Part shown: positions 28,233 to 41,349 of the stretch, in pieces | How positions within the stretch are numbered: the first letter of the stretch is position 1 | Layout: every line of letters starts with the position of its first letter | Assembly (NCBI GenBank): GCA_964016885.1 | Contig: OZ024743.1 | Coordinates: forward strand, 22,940,001 to 23,004,000 | Source of the DNA: Eledone cirrhosa | Taxonomy: Eukaryota | Direction: 5' to 3' | Length of the DNA stretch: 64,000 bases | The notes under the pieces: generated by a model | Seen by the model: the letters and a program-made list of their open reading frames with translations, nothing else | What the model was told of the DNA's origin: nothing | Databases searched by the model: none | Program-made: the position numbers and the translations under genes

Positions 28233-28929
28233 TTTTTAAAATTTAAATATATATATATAAATAAAAATTTATATATATATTTTCTAGAGATATTATTTTC
28301 CTATATATTGTGTTTGATTTTTCCTAGTAATTGATCTGATCGATTTAAAAGACAAGAGAAGCTCAATGCGACTGTGACGAAAAGAATTCTGCCAGCAGAA
28401 TGAGGACTGGGAATTATGCGAAGACCGCTGACAGCAACACCATCAACAGAACTCGCTGTAGAATACAGCAGCAACAGCAGCAGCAGTAGTCGTTGCAGTT
28501 GCTGCAGCAGCAGCAGCAATTATGCCAATGACAGTAGCAACAACAGCAGCAGCAGCAAACATTTGTGATAGTAATAACAATTGAAGTAGTGGTGTTGGTG
28601 GTGATTGTGAGAAAATATTGGTTGTAATGTTGTTGGTGTTGGTATTGGTGTTAGTGGTATTGTTATAGATGTAGTTTAGTTCAAAACCAGCCAAGGATTC
28701 GAAAAAGCTATGATCAAACGCACCCCAGCCATGACCTCGCCACCTTTTTGTTACTGGTGTTGATGTTAGTAGTGGTGGTGATTGTGGTGGTGAGGATGCT
28801 GGTGATTGTGGTTGTGATGTAACTTGTTCTAGGTTTGATGTTTATTGTAGTAGGGGGCGCTGGGGTTGATGGTTGCAATTGTAATAGTTGTGGTTTGACA
28901 GTAGAGGTTTGTGATGGAATTGATGGTCT

Positions 28930-29350
28930 GGAGATGGTGGTGGTGGTGCTGGTGGTGCTGGTGTTGTAATGGTGGTGGTGGAGGTGGTGGTGGTGGTAAT
29001 GGTGGTGGTCTTGGTGGTGGTGGTGGTGAAGGTGATGGTGGTAATGGTGGTGGTGTTATTTGATGCTGGTGGTGGTGTTGTTGGTGGTGGTGGTGATGGT
29101 GATGGTGGTGGTGGTGGTGGTGGTAATTGTGGTGGTCTTGGTGGTGGTGGTGGTGAAGGTGATGGTGGTAATGGTGGTGGTGGTGGTGGTGGTGCTGGTC
29201 GTGGTGAAGGTGATGGTGGTGGTGGTGGTGGTTGTGGTAGTGGTTTTGATGCTGGTGGTGGTGGTGGTAATGGTGATGTTGAAGGTGATGGTGGTGCTGC
29301 TGCTGCTGGTGCTGGTGGTGAAGGTGGTGGTGGTGGTGGTGAAGGTGATT
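28930..29350. repeat. Degenerate (GGT)n low-complexity tract
   Basis: Trinucleotide repeat giving poly-G/V/T ORFs in several frames. Confidence 0.9.
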
Positions 29351-30101
29351 GTGGTAGAAAAGGTGGTGTCGGAGCTTGTAATGATAGTTTTATTGTCTAC
29401 TTGGTGTTTCTGATAGTGTTGGTGGCGGTGTAGCATGTAGTGGTTTTGGTGATGATAGTATAGTCGTTATTGTTTTTGTCAGTAGTTGTTGGTGGTTAAG
29501 GTGGCGGGGTCAGAAATAATGGTTGTAATTTTGAATGGAAATGATAAGGCAGCAGGAAGGGAAGTGGAATGGAAGGAGATGGGTTAAGGAGAATAAAAAG
29601 AAGGAGTCTTGGACGACATTAGGAATTTGTACGTAGAGAGGTGGGGGAAGGAAATCAATGGAAAATATGAACAGTTTGACAGGAATGGTAAAACAGCTGA
29701 ATGGATGAGACAGCAGCGGGAATGTAAGTATTATATATGAAGAAGGGTGTTAAGAGGGAGGAGTAGGGGGAGCAGTGGGGAGGGGAGGCAGAAGAAGAAG
29801 AATAATAAGAACAAGAAGAAGAAGAAGAAGAAGAAGAAGAAAGGCAACTGAAAATTGGAAAATAGAGAAATGGGAAAAGAAGGGAAAGGATGTACGGAAT
29901 TCACCGAGTGGAATACATGAGGTAGGATGTAGAATTGTGATTGTAATGAGCTGACGTTTTGATGGCTATATGGTTATATATTTCACATTGCAATTAGATT
30001 GTATATAAACCCTAGTGATGATCTATCGACTATGTTAATCGAACACACATACAAATACACGCACACACACACATACACATACATATATATATATATATGC
30101 A

Positions 30102-30206
30102 TACAAGGTGTCCCCAAAATGTATACATACATATGTCAAAAGCATACTAATCAATATTGCCTGTACAGGTAATCAAAATGTGTATACCTCTTTTGGGACA
30201 CTTTCT

Positions 30207-30210
<4 letters not shown>
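30102..30210. mobile_element. Short Tc1-like MITE
   Basis: TACAAGGTGTCCCCAAAA / TTTTGGGACACTTTCTTGTA imperfect TIRs with TA ends. Confidence 0.55.
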
Positions 30211-30267
<57 letters not shown>

Positions 30268-30355
30268 CAAAGAAGGTGTGGTAAGATACCAGGTGGACCA
30301 TAAGCCACCAGAGTACTCGATACTTAGGGTAGTACAGTGGGGCCTGACTCTTTTC

Positions 30356-30439
<84 letters not shown>

Positions 30440-30447
30440 ATAGAGAG

Positions 30448-30511
<64 letters not shown>

Positions 30512-30519
<8 letters not shown>

Positions 30520-30906
30520 CCCCAAAGTAAGGTCTCCTTCCGATATTGCAACTTCCGATATTCCAACTTTTCCGTTAAAATCCTGTGGATGGTACTTCGG
30601 GAAACCTCAGGAACCAAAATGCAAAGAGCATCCAGAGTGATCTGCCGATCTTTACGCATGTTTTCCTTGGAAGGAGACCTTACTTTTGGGATTGCCCTCT
30701 ATAAAATAACTGCGCGAAATTCGCACTTGGCGGTAGCGTTCAACGGGAGCGCCATTCTCAACGGATGCCAAGCCAAGATTGAGCATCCCAGCGAAGCGCG
30801 CGCATGCTTGTTTGGGACACCAATCACAACAGTGTTGACAACAGCCGTACGAACAGTTTCTCTGCGTCCCCATCGCGTTGGAGACCTTACTTTTCGGATT
30901 ACCCTC

Positions 30907-30909
<3 letters not shown>
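30512..30909 (-). mobile_element. Mariner deletion derivative(s) with three TIR copies
   Basis: TACGAGGGTAATCCGAAAAGTAAGGTCTCC TIR at the right end, further TIR copies at about 30512 and 30670. Transposase N-terminal pieces MALPLNATAKCEFRAVI and VSRSTIHRILTEKLEYRK. Confidence 0.75.
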
Positions 30910-30956
<47 letters not shown>

Positions 30957-30959
<3 letters not shown>

Positions 30960-31450
30960 GTTATGCAAGAAATGATTAGGATTATCCTGAATGCAGTAAT
31001 GGTTAATTACTACACTGGATAGAGTTGACGTACGGTGAGGGGCTACTCAACGAGGTATGGAAGAATAGTTGAAGAAACTCAGTTCCTGATCTCTCCATAT
31101 TCCGGAGTGTAATGGATAATAACAGGTAGACATCATAAAAAGGTAATTTATTCCGTGTGCTTACAAATGTTTCCACCGTGGTTATACAGCCTAGTTATGC
31201 TATGTGCAAATTTATAACTATTTGCAAAACTCAATTATCAAATGCTGTTACCACTGTTTCTTCAGAGCAGTTTCTTCTGAGCTGTTTCTTCTGCTCTGAA
31301 GAAACAGTGGTAACAGCATTTGATAATTGAGTTTTGCAAATAGTTATAAATTTGCACATAGCATAACTAGGCTGTATAACCACCGTGGAAACATTTGTAA
31401 GCACACGGAATAAATTACCTTTTTATGATGTCTACCTGTTATTATTCATT

Positions 31451-31455
<5 letters not shown>
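30957..31455 (-). mobile_element. pLTR family 1, second copy: tail + 155-bp inverted arms with hammerheads
   Basis: Arms 31116-31270 and 31291-31445 (1 mismatch seen). TGCT-CTGAAGA...GAAACATTTGTA-AGCA at 31292-31403. The tail is the reverse complement of 11060-11200. (TA)n on both sides. Confidence 0.8.
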
Positions 31456-31492
<37 letters not shown>

Positions 31493-32025
31493 CAGAAGAT
31501 CCGCTAAGGATGAAAGTAACGATTCTTTGCTTAAACTTTAATTTGTTATATATATATATATATGTGTGTGTATAGTAATAATAATAAATGTGAATAGTAA
31601 AATCCAAAGAGGGCTCGATAAGGATAATTTTATATCAAATATATAAGAACCATATAACTTTAAACTGTTAATTTAAGAAATATATATATATATGTGTGTG
31701 TGTGTGTATGTGTGTGTGTGTGTGTGTAAAACAAGATGAATTCAGTTTGAAACTGGTTAGACCATTACTCACCAGAGTACTCGATACTTAGGGTAGTAGA
31801 GTATGGTTATATTATAAAGAAGCGGCACTTCGATGGCTGAGCTCTTGTCGTTTCAACAGTGGGTTCCGGAACTAGCTGTTGAAGTGGCAACATCTCAGCC
31901 GTCGAGATACCAACTCTTTATAATATATATGTCTATTAAAGTATTAAAGAATGTGTATAGAAATGATAACAACGAGGTAGGTTATATGGATAGGTATTCA
32001 TTGTGTCTGTATGTTATTTTATATA

Positions 32026-32056
<31 letters not shown>

Positions 32057-32069
32057 GTGTGTGTGTGTG

Positions 32070-32121
<52 letters not shown>

Positions 32122-32129
<8 letters not shown>

Positions 32130-32695
32130 ATACTTTGGGAGGGTCATGTTGCCAATAAGAAACACACGCACCAGTTGCTTTCACTTCAATTTAATTTATT
32201 AAATATTTATAAATTTACAAATTTATAAATTTCTGGTTGGTTGGTTGGTTCCACAACCAGATAGTTGTTTATATATATATAGTCATAGTTCTTTCGTCAC
32301 ACACTCTGTGACCTCTTCAGTGACTGGGGATTTCTTTCTTCGTTTCTGTGCCTTTCCTTTCTTCTATCCTACGCCATTTTCTGAAAATGGCGTAGGGATA
32401 GAAGAAAGGAAAGGCACAGAAACGAAGAAAGAAATCCCCAGTCACTGAAGAGGTCACAGAGTGTGTGACGAAAGAACTATGACTATATATATATAAACAA
32501 CTATCTGGTTGTGGAACCAACCAACCAACCAGAAATTTATAAATTTGTAAATTTATAAATATTTAATAAATTAAATTGAAGTGAAAGCAACTGGTGCGTG
32601 TGTTTCTTATTGGCAACATGACCCTCCCAAAGTATAACAATATCGGTTTCAACACACGATTTCAGATAAAGAATCTTGCTAAACAAATTCAGAAA

Positions 32696-32698
<3 letters not shown>
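32122..32698 (+). mobile_element. pLTR family 5: ~520-bp near-perfect palindrome (centre T32382) + 55-bp tail, in (TA)n
   Basis: Arms of about 260 bp differ by one indel seen. A single-arm + tail copy lies at 39721-40016. Confidence 0.85.
32440..32484 (+). ncRNA. Minimal type I hammerhead ribozyme motif (mirror copy 32281-32325 on minus)
   Basis: AGTCA-CTGAAGAG-GTCAC-AGAGTGT-GTGAC-GAAAG-AA-CTA-TGACT: helix I 5 bp, helix II 5 bp, CUA triplet, very short helix III. Confidence 0.7.
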
Positions 32699-32732
<34 letters not shown>

Positions 32733-33254
32733 TATGTATACGTACATACATATATGTATACAGACGTACAGTAGTATGTATATATATATATATATATACA
32801 TATATGCACACATATATATATGTACGTATGGATTCACCGAACATTTATTATAATGCTCGGTGTGTTTGTAAACAAACATCCCGAATTAAGCCGAACAGTG
32901 TCTAGCAACCATCGTTGCTCATTTGTTCAACAATGACAGGAACACTGAAAGGAACGCTGTACTAGTTTCAAACTTATTAGCTATTGTCAGCAACGTATAC
33001 CTTCCTGCCAGATGATTGAACGTCTGAAAGTATATACTTTCCTTATGCATATTAACGGCTGAGCAGCCTAATTTGCATATCCGAGTGAGTTAATATAATT
33101 ATAATAAATGTTCGGTGAATCCATACGTACATATATATATATATGTGTGCATATGTGCGTCTGTATACATATATGTATGTACGTATACATACTTATATTT
33201 AAGTAACAGCCGTACTAAGAGTGAGAAATGAAATTTCGTTTCATTTTTTCCGTT

Positions 33255-33288
<34 letters not shown>

Positions 33289-33731
33289 AATATATATATA
33301 TATATATTACATGATGAATACCTAACCATATAAAACCTACCTCGTTGTTATCATTTCTATACACATTCTTTAATACTTTAATATACAGGCGTGTAAGCCA
33401 TTAATGAAAAGTAAACAATAGACTGAGTGGTGTGTGTGTTTGTTTGTAAGAATATGTTTGTAAGAAAGAATATGTTCGGTGGTGCGGGAGTTAATATGCT
33501 TTCTGGAATGAATGTATATAAAGCCATGGAACATATTGAAAATGAATGATATAGAATAATGTGGAAGGAAAAGATAACTAATTAATAATGGCTGCAGGGG
33601 TTATGCGAGGAAAGAAATGTAGTGACAAAATGAGATTGAGTAAGAAAAGCGACGTCTGATAGAGGATATACAGGAAACTGAGAGAATTGAATAAGAGAAG
33701 GGAAACAAAGAGAGAAAGAGAGAGAAAGAGG

Positions 33732-33802
<71 letters not shown>

Positions 33803-34062
33803 AAGAAAAGGGAGAAAGAGAATGAGAAGGAATAAGGGAGAGTTGGATGAAGGCAGCTTTCAATCGATGTTCTAGACAAAAAGATGGCGATGCAAATGTG
33901 ACAGTGGTTAATGGAATCATATAAAAATGGCTGAATGATAAAATCAAATATGTTTTATGGTATGCTGATCATGGGAGCTTGATCAGAGCAAAATATAGCA
34001 GGCGTGTATATTATAGTTAGGAATGGATAACACTTCAATGACCATATACATGTGTTTCCCTG

Positions 34063-34132
<70 letters not shown>

Positions 34133-34339
34133 ATGCTTGTAGTTTTTGTTTTATGAACGGGAGTAAAAATATTATACAGTGCAATAATTTATTAAGGCTG
34201 ATGCAGTTGCTTGTTACTCTGAAGTTTCCCAGATATGTTGCCAGTTTTTCAGGCATGAAGATGGATAAAAACATATTATTGTGATAGAATGATGGGGTTA
34301 TACGATTGGTTAAACTCACAACCCGGCTTTTGGAAGACG

Positions 34340-35940
34340 TCCTTAGAAAAAACAGAACGGTGGCGAAAGAAGCTAACCCTGTATTTCCTCCACAGATCCA
34401 GGTTAAAATCCGGTTTGTACGTTCTACTAATCATATATCCGTCTTTCTATTGGCATGGCAGTATGGCTTTATCCAACATCTAGTATTTTCTTCTCTGGGA
34501 AACCTGCACCACATAAGGGAAACACAAGATTAACAGGCTACAGGAGCAGCTTACAAAGTTTACAAGATGTGTCCTCCTCAGACCAACAGGCTATTTCTGA
34601 TTCTTAGAAAAGTTTGGATTGTGGATTGCTGGACAAGAGTGGAAGGTATCTACCTTCCCAAGGAGCAGAATTAGTCAACACTGGACCAGTTTAGACCAAT
34701 TTCCCTACTGAATGTAGATGGGGAAATATTTCTTTGGATTATTGCTAGACAAGTGTTGACATTTCTGTTGACTAAGGGATGCATCAGTGGCATGGTACAG
34801 AATGCTGGCATCTCAGGAATATCGGGATGCATAGTACATATAAGCATATTCTAGGATGTCTTACAGACAACCAAGAGGAAGAAAATTGACCTGGCAGTTG
34901 TGTGGGTTGACCTGGCAAATGCTTTCGGGTCAGTCCCACACAAACTGCTTGAGTTTACTACAGACCTCTTCTGGATCCCTTCGGAGGTAGGCAAACTGAG
35001 GATGAACTATTAATACAAATTCTACATGCGCTTTACTACAAAGAACCTTAATTAGATCTGTCACAATGTGGAGGTGGGGATTGCAACTGGATACACACTA
35101 TCAGTCATACGGTTCGTGCTTGCTTCCCCAAAGAAAGCTTTCATGGATGACGTGGCATTGTTGGCAAAAGATAAGAAGTCAATTATGAAAATCCTGCGCA
35201 GATTGAATGATTTAATAAGATGAACAAGAAGGCGTTTAAGGGCAAAGAATTTGCGTAGTCGAAGGAAAGCAACAATAAGTGAGGTGTGTGGTTGCAATTG
35301 AAGTTATGTCAACGATTGCAGGGACGTCTGGGGAGAGTTTAGAGAGGTTGTACTCTGGGTCGTTCAATGACAGAGGTGAGGGACTGGAAATCCAGCAGAT
35401 AGCCGAGCATTGACGTTCAGCGATAGATAAAACATTACTGCTAGATAGGGTCAAGCCCTGGTGAGTATAGTTTGCACTGTAGCCCAAACTGCAGTGTCCA
35501 CTGATGTGGTATGAAGTCACCTTAACACATGTCGAGACCATTGAGTAGAAATGTAATATCTATATTTACAAGTAGTTAGATTGCCAGAAACCTTTGCATG
35601 TACGGCCCTGTACGAGAATGGTGGTCCAATAGATTCACCTATTCTGTCAATAGTCTGCAATACAAGTCTGGTAAAATGTGGACCATGATAACGCTGCGCC
35701 ATTTAGATGATCAAATTTCGTGGACTCTCTAGGGTATGAAGACATAGTAGGTCCTGCACAGAGCAATAGAAATGGCCTTATAAATGTTCAATTCAGACCA
35801 CACTACTCCATAAATCAGAAGGAAAGAAGGGTTGCTGCAATCGACCAGGTAAAGAGGAAAGAAGTGAGAAATCAGCATGTGGCCTTACTAAACTGTGGAA
35901 ATTCTATTTATTGACTGACAGAAGAGGTCATTGTCCTGGT
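34340..35940 (+). mobile_element. Degenerate HERO/NeSL-like RLE retrotransposon RT region
   Basis: EGIYLPKEQN*STLDQFRPISLLNVDGEIF...VVWVDLANAFGSVPHKLL...VGIATGYTLSVIRFVLA..KAFMDDVALL, with multiple stops. Confidence 0.8.
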
Positions 35941-35959
35941 TATCGAATAACAGAGTTGG

Positions 35960-36330
35960 TGCATAGGTATTCAATAACGTGGCATAACAGCCATTTACGA
36001 GACAAATAATGATATTAGCTGCTCATTAATGTTAGCCTGTATTTCAGTCGGTTTATACATCAGACCGTTTCTCACAGCAAAGTCGATGCCCTGTTGGTGG
36101 TCTCCATCTTCGTGGTTATCCTCCAAAAGAATATATAAGCTTACTCAACCTCATTAAGAGAGCCCTCTCTAAGCAACCTGGTCTCGCGGAGAGCAGTAAT
36201 ATTTACATTGCATCGTCTCAGTTCCCTGGTTTTGAGAGTCATCCGTCGCTCAAATCGACTTATCGTTGCCGGCATCAAACAATGTTCGTATATTCCATGT
36301 GACAACCTGAGTGGTTCATTCATTTTGATA
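35960..36330 (-). mobile_element. RTE-like LINE APE endonuclease N-terminal fragment
   Basis: ERRMTLKTRELRRCNVNITALRETRLLREGSLNEVE*AYIFFW resembles ERRTALIARELxRYNIDIAALSETRL.EGSL. Confidence 0.75.
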
Positions 36331-36591
36331 TTACTACTGCTATTTGTAATGTCCTGACGCGCACAGTTTCCTGTTCATGAGTTTGGATATGTTTTAAGCC
36401 CCCTATTCTAGATGATTACCTGATTGGGCAGAGTAACATAGCCCCTTGATAGAGGTACTTAGTTTCACAAATATTTGCCGGATGCAGATCCGTCTCGATC
36501 CCAGCTGTCAACGATCACTGCTCTAAATATTAGTCTGTACACTTGTCTTTATTCAGTAAATTTCCATTGTTTTATATGCAAAAATACTTCA

Positions 36592-36823
<232 letters not shown>

Positions 36824-37409
36824 CTATGCAACGTCCATGACTTTCCTGTTAGCAGTTGTCAGTGTCATATTGGGAAAATGAAGTTAGTCTTTGCTGTAAC
36901 TTAACTAATGTCTCTTATTCCTCTGCCTGGCTAGTCATACTATAATTGAATATTATTTCATAGGCGACGTACTTATAAAATACACTAACATTTCGTGTAT
37001 CACTAATTTAATATCGACAGATATCACACACCTGGTCCAATATGAGTCGATAAATCTAGCAAATCGGGTGAAATTCAATCAACTCTCTAAGGATAGAGAA
37101 TTATATTTATAGTCAGAAGAGAAAATAATCCACTTCATAATATTAATGTTTCATACCATCGCCCTTAAGAATTATCTTTTCTTTACAATCAATAATATTC
37201 TAAAATAATTAGCACACACAAAAGGGTGAGAAATCGTTTGATCGATTGATCAATAAACAATCATCTTCCAATATCATACATAAAATGAGATTATTTTTTT
37301 TTTCTAATATGACTCTGTGACTGAGCAACACATTCACATGTACACATATTCATATATATATATGTGTGTGTGTGTGTGCGTGTATGTGTGTGTGTAATAT
37401 ACATATATG

Positions 37410-37543
<134 letters not shown>

Positions 37544-37644
37544 TTGTATATATTTGTATATATTTAATATATATATAATATATGTGTTATATATACATAT
37601 ATATATATATATTGTATATTATATTTATATATACATATATATAT

Positions 37645-37720
<76 letters not shown>

Positions 37721-37801
37721 TATATTATAAATATATATATGTATATTAAATATAATATACAATATATATATGTGTATATATAACACACGCCTTCACAAGT
37801 G

Positions 37802-37920
37802 AGGGTGTGTAGCTAAGTGGTTAGAGAATTCGATTCACAATTTTGAGGTTGTGAGTTCGAATCCTAGACCGGACGATGCGTTATGTCCTTGAGCAAGACA
37901 CTTTATTTCACGTTGCTCCT
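37802..37920 (+). mobile_element. SINE family B 5' part
   Basis: TAGCTAAGTGG A-box, GAGTTCGAATCC B-box, TGTCCTTGAGCAAGACACTTTATTTCAC core. Confidence 0.75.
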
Positions 37921-38320
37921 TCTACCTGGAGTTGCGACCGGTAGATAGTATTAGCAACGGGAAAGACCGACGAAAACATTGTTTCCCCGGTCCAATTTGA
38001 CGAAAGTCAATCGATCCTTTATTTATATATAACACATATATGTATATTATATATATATTAAATATATACAAATATATACATATATATGTATATATAAATG
38101 TATGTATGTATATGTATATATATATATAAATATAAAGTCAGCGAGAATCGTATTTCGGCTGGTAGAAAAAGCGAAACGAAACCCAAAATCGTAGAAATGC
38201 TGGCAAGCGCTCCAATAGTTAAGAAAACAAGAGCTAAACAATACATATATATATATATATATATATAGGAAAAGGTATGAGCCCGGCGGCAGAGCTCAAG
38301 CCGTTTCGACGGCTATTTCT

Positions 38321-38360
<40 letters not shown>

Positions 38361-38381
38361 CATATATGTATATTATACACG

Positions 38382-38455
<74 letters not shown>

Positions 38456-38710
38456 ACTGTTTATAAATAAGAAACTGTTCTCAAATAATGGATTCAGGAT
38501 TACTGGATTAGATGTAAAGAATAATATTACTTATTGAATTAAATTGAAATGATTCGTGGACATCTGTTACAAATCATCCTATTTTCATTAAATAAATTGT
38601 ATATTATATATACAATATATATATATATATATTGAATTAATAACATGGTCTCAATTTTTTTACTACAGCAAGTACTCTAATGATAACTGAGCGTATAAAC
38701 CCCTAGAATG

Positions 38711-39577
38711 GAAACTCAAAATAGTCTCTTACAATAAAATAGCTCTAGGAAAAAGATTTTTCCGAGCCATATATTATAATTGAATATAAAAGAAAAACGA
38801 ACACAGGTATATACATATGTGTGTTCAAATCGTAAGGGACCAGATTCGCTAAGGTGAAAAGAATACTAACTATAGACATTTGGGTTTGCCAGACTTAATT
38901 TAAGAATAAATCAAGAAAATAAATACAAACCGGAATTGTGGTAACTACCAATCACCCAGACAGCTTTGGTAATGCTGTTTCGCAAAATTAATGGTCCCTT
39001 ACGATTTGAACACATATATCTATATATCTGTGTTAGATTTTCTTTAATATTCAATTATAATATATGGCTCGGAAAAATCTCTTTCCTAGAGCTATTTTAT
39101 TGTAAGAGACTATTTTGAGTTTCTAACTTAATATATACCTTTGATATATTCGGCTCCGTTAATTTGTTGAACTAATTCAAATATCGAGTAAACCTGGCTG
39201 CTATTTTTAGTGGTGTGAGTATGTGAGACACGCTAAGTTCAGATACAATGTGGGTTATTATATATACGCACACTATTCTGTTTTTTTAATATACTTAGAA
39301 GTGTCCAGGATACTAATTCTTCACCCACTGATGAGCAAGAATTGGTATTCCTCTTCACAATTAATTTTGCGAAACAGCATTACCAAAGCTGTCTGGGTGA
39401 TTGGTAGTTACCACAATTCCGGTTTGTATTTATTTTCTTGATTTATTCTTAAATTAAGTCTGGCAAACCCTATTGTCTATAGTTAGTATTCTTTTCACCT
39501 TAGCGAATCTGTTCCCTTATGATTTGAATACATATATGTATATACCTGTGTTAGTTTTTCTTTTATATTCAATTATA
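38711..39577 (+). mobile_element. pLTR family 6: compound inverted/direct arrangement (A B A' x B' A'')
   Basis: A 38711-38842 is inverted at 38992-39123. B 38841-38992 is inverted at 39359-39511, followed by another partial A' to 39577. Confidence 0.75.
39321..39400 (+). ncRNA. Canonical type I hammerhead ribozyme
   Basis: TCACCCA-CTGATGA-GCAAGA..TTTTGC-GAA-ACAGC-attaccaaa-GCTGT-C-TGGGTGA. 7-bp helix I, G-C-closed helix II, 5-bp helix III, GUC triplet (cleavage after 39393). Confidence 0.85.
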
Positions 39578-39720
39578 TATACACATATATTTATTTGGTG
39601 CCTTTACCGGTTTCGCAGTATTTGCGCTTTTCAAAAGTAGAATTGAGATAGACGGTTTGTGGTTTTTCTCGCATCATACATATATACATATATCTATCTA
39701 TCTATATATATATATATATA

Positions 39721-40016
39721 AGATGGCGTAGGACAGAACAAAGAAGAGGCACTAAAACAAAGAAAAGAATCCCCAGTCACTGAAGAGGTCACAGAATGTG
39801 TGACGAAAGAACTGTGAGAATATATGATCAACCGTCCGGTTGTGGAACCAACCCACCAACCGGAAATTTATAAATTTATAAATTTAATTTATAATAGATT
39901 GGACTGAAAGCAACTGGTGCGTGTGTTTCTTATTGGCAACATGACCCTCCCAAACAATATCGGTTTCAACACACATTTTCAGATAAAGAATCTTGCTAAA
40001 CAAATTCAGAAACGAA
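39721..40016 (+). mobile_element. pLTR family 5, single arm + tail; hammerhead has an inactive CUG triplet
   Basis: Colinear with 32384-32698. CTGAAGAG-GTCAC..GTGAC-GAAAGAACTG. Confidence 0.8.
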
Positions 40017-40062
40017 ATATGTATATACACATTTATACATGTATATATATATATATACATAT

Positions 40063-40093
<31 letters not shown>

Positions 40094-40884
40094 CATACAT
40101 ATATATATATATATAAATGTATATGTATATATGTATATACATACATACATGCATATATACATAAATATATATATATATGTATAATCTAACAGGCCCAAAT
40201 CTACGTGCATATAAACTCCAAGTGCGAAAACAATTATGATCGCTATAAACAAACAATACATTCCGTTAATCTGAAAAAATGTACTGCTCCCATTCTTACC
40301 ATTTTCTTCATTCTCTCTCTTTCTTTCTCTCTCTCCGTCTTTCTTTCTTTCCCCTCTCCGTCTTTCGCTCTTTCCCTCTTTTTCTCTCTCCCTTTAATGC
40401 CCACCGACATGGCTTTCGTAAGACCTATATATTGGTGACCCACTCTCCTATTATTCATTTGTGGCCTTTCGCACTCGAAAGATTTGAAGAAAACAGTATC
40501 TAATATTAGCAAACCATTTGTACGTGCATGTCACGCGAATCCCTTTAGCAAAACGGTCCATTTATGGGCTATATCTGATTCTCGTCTCTTGGTGGCTTCA
40601 TACAATATATGAATACGCCATTGGATCGGAACCTGTGCTGGTAAAGTTATGTCTATCTCCTTCCTTTCTTTTTCGATCCCTCACTATATATGTATATAAC
40701 AGTAATAATAATAAATGTGAAGACTAAAATCCGAAGAGGGCTCAATAAGGATAATATATATATAAAAATATATAAAACCAAGCAAATATTTATTATTGAG
40801 TTTCAGAAGATCCCGTTATGTGTGAAAGCAGCGATTCTTTGCTTAAACTTTAATCTGTTATTTTAATAAATATATATATATATA

Positions 40885-40970
<86 letters not shown>

Positions 40971-41349
40971 TTATTTATGACTCACATTTTATAAACTCTT
41001 GCTTGTCTCCTATCTTTTCCTATTCATGAACGATCTAAAACGCCAACACCTACATATTGTCATTCACTAGCAATCTAGACAGTTCACATCAAAACCTGCA
41101 ATCTCTGTTAATCATAGACATAAAAACATCTTTAAACGAGGTTATGTTAACTTTGTCTCCCCCAATAACACAATCACAGTATATTTCAAGCAAATATTAT
41201 TGTACTCACCGAACTATAAACTCGAGTAAAACGTCAATACAAACTCCAATGTTACCGGTTTGGGGGTTCTTTCTTTTGTTGTTTTATTAATTTTTTAATA
41301 AAAGTTCAAACTCGACTGTAATTTTATAAAACAGAACCAGAAATTTTGA

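Noticed and set aside
33005-33042. Hammerhead-like CAGATGA..GAAAGTATATACTT; also CTGATGAAG at about 49038
   Set aside because: The first has a mutated core and no helix I; the second has no downstream GAAA.
37802-37875. tRNA gene
   Set aside because: A and B boxes run straight into a SINE core with no clear acceptor stem or terminator; it is a SINE head.
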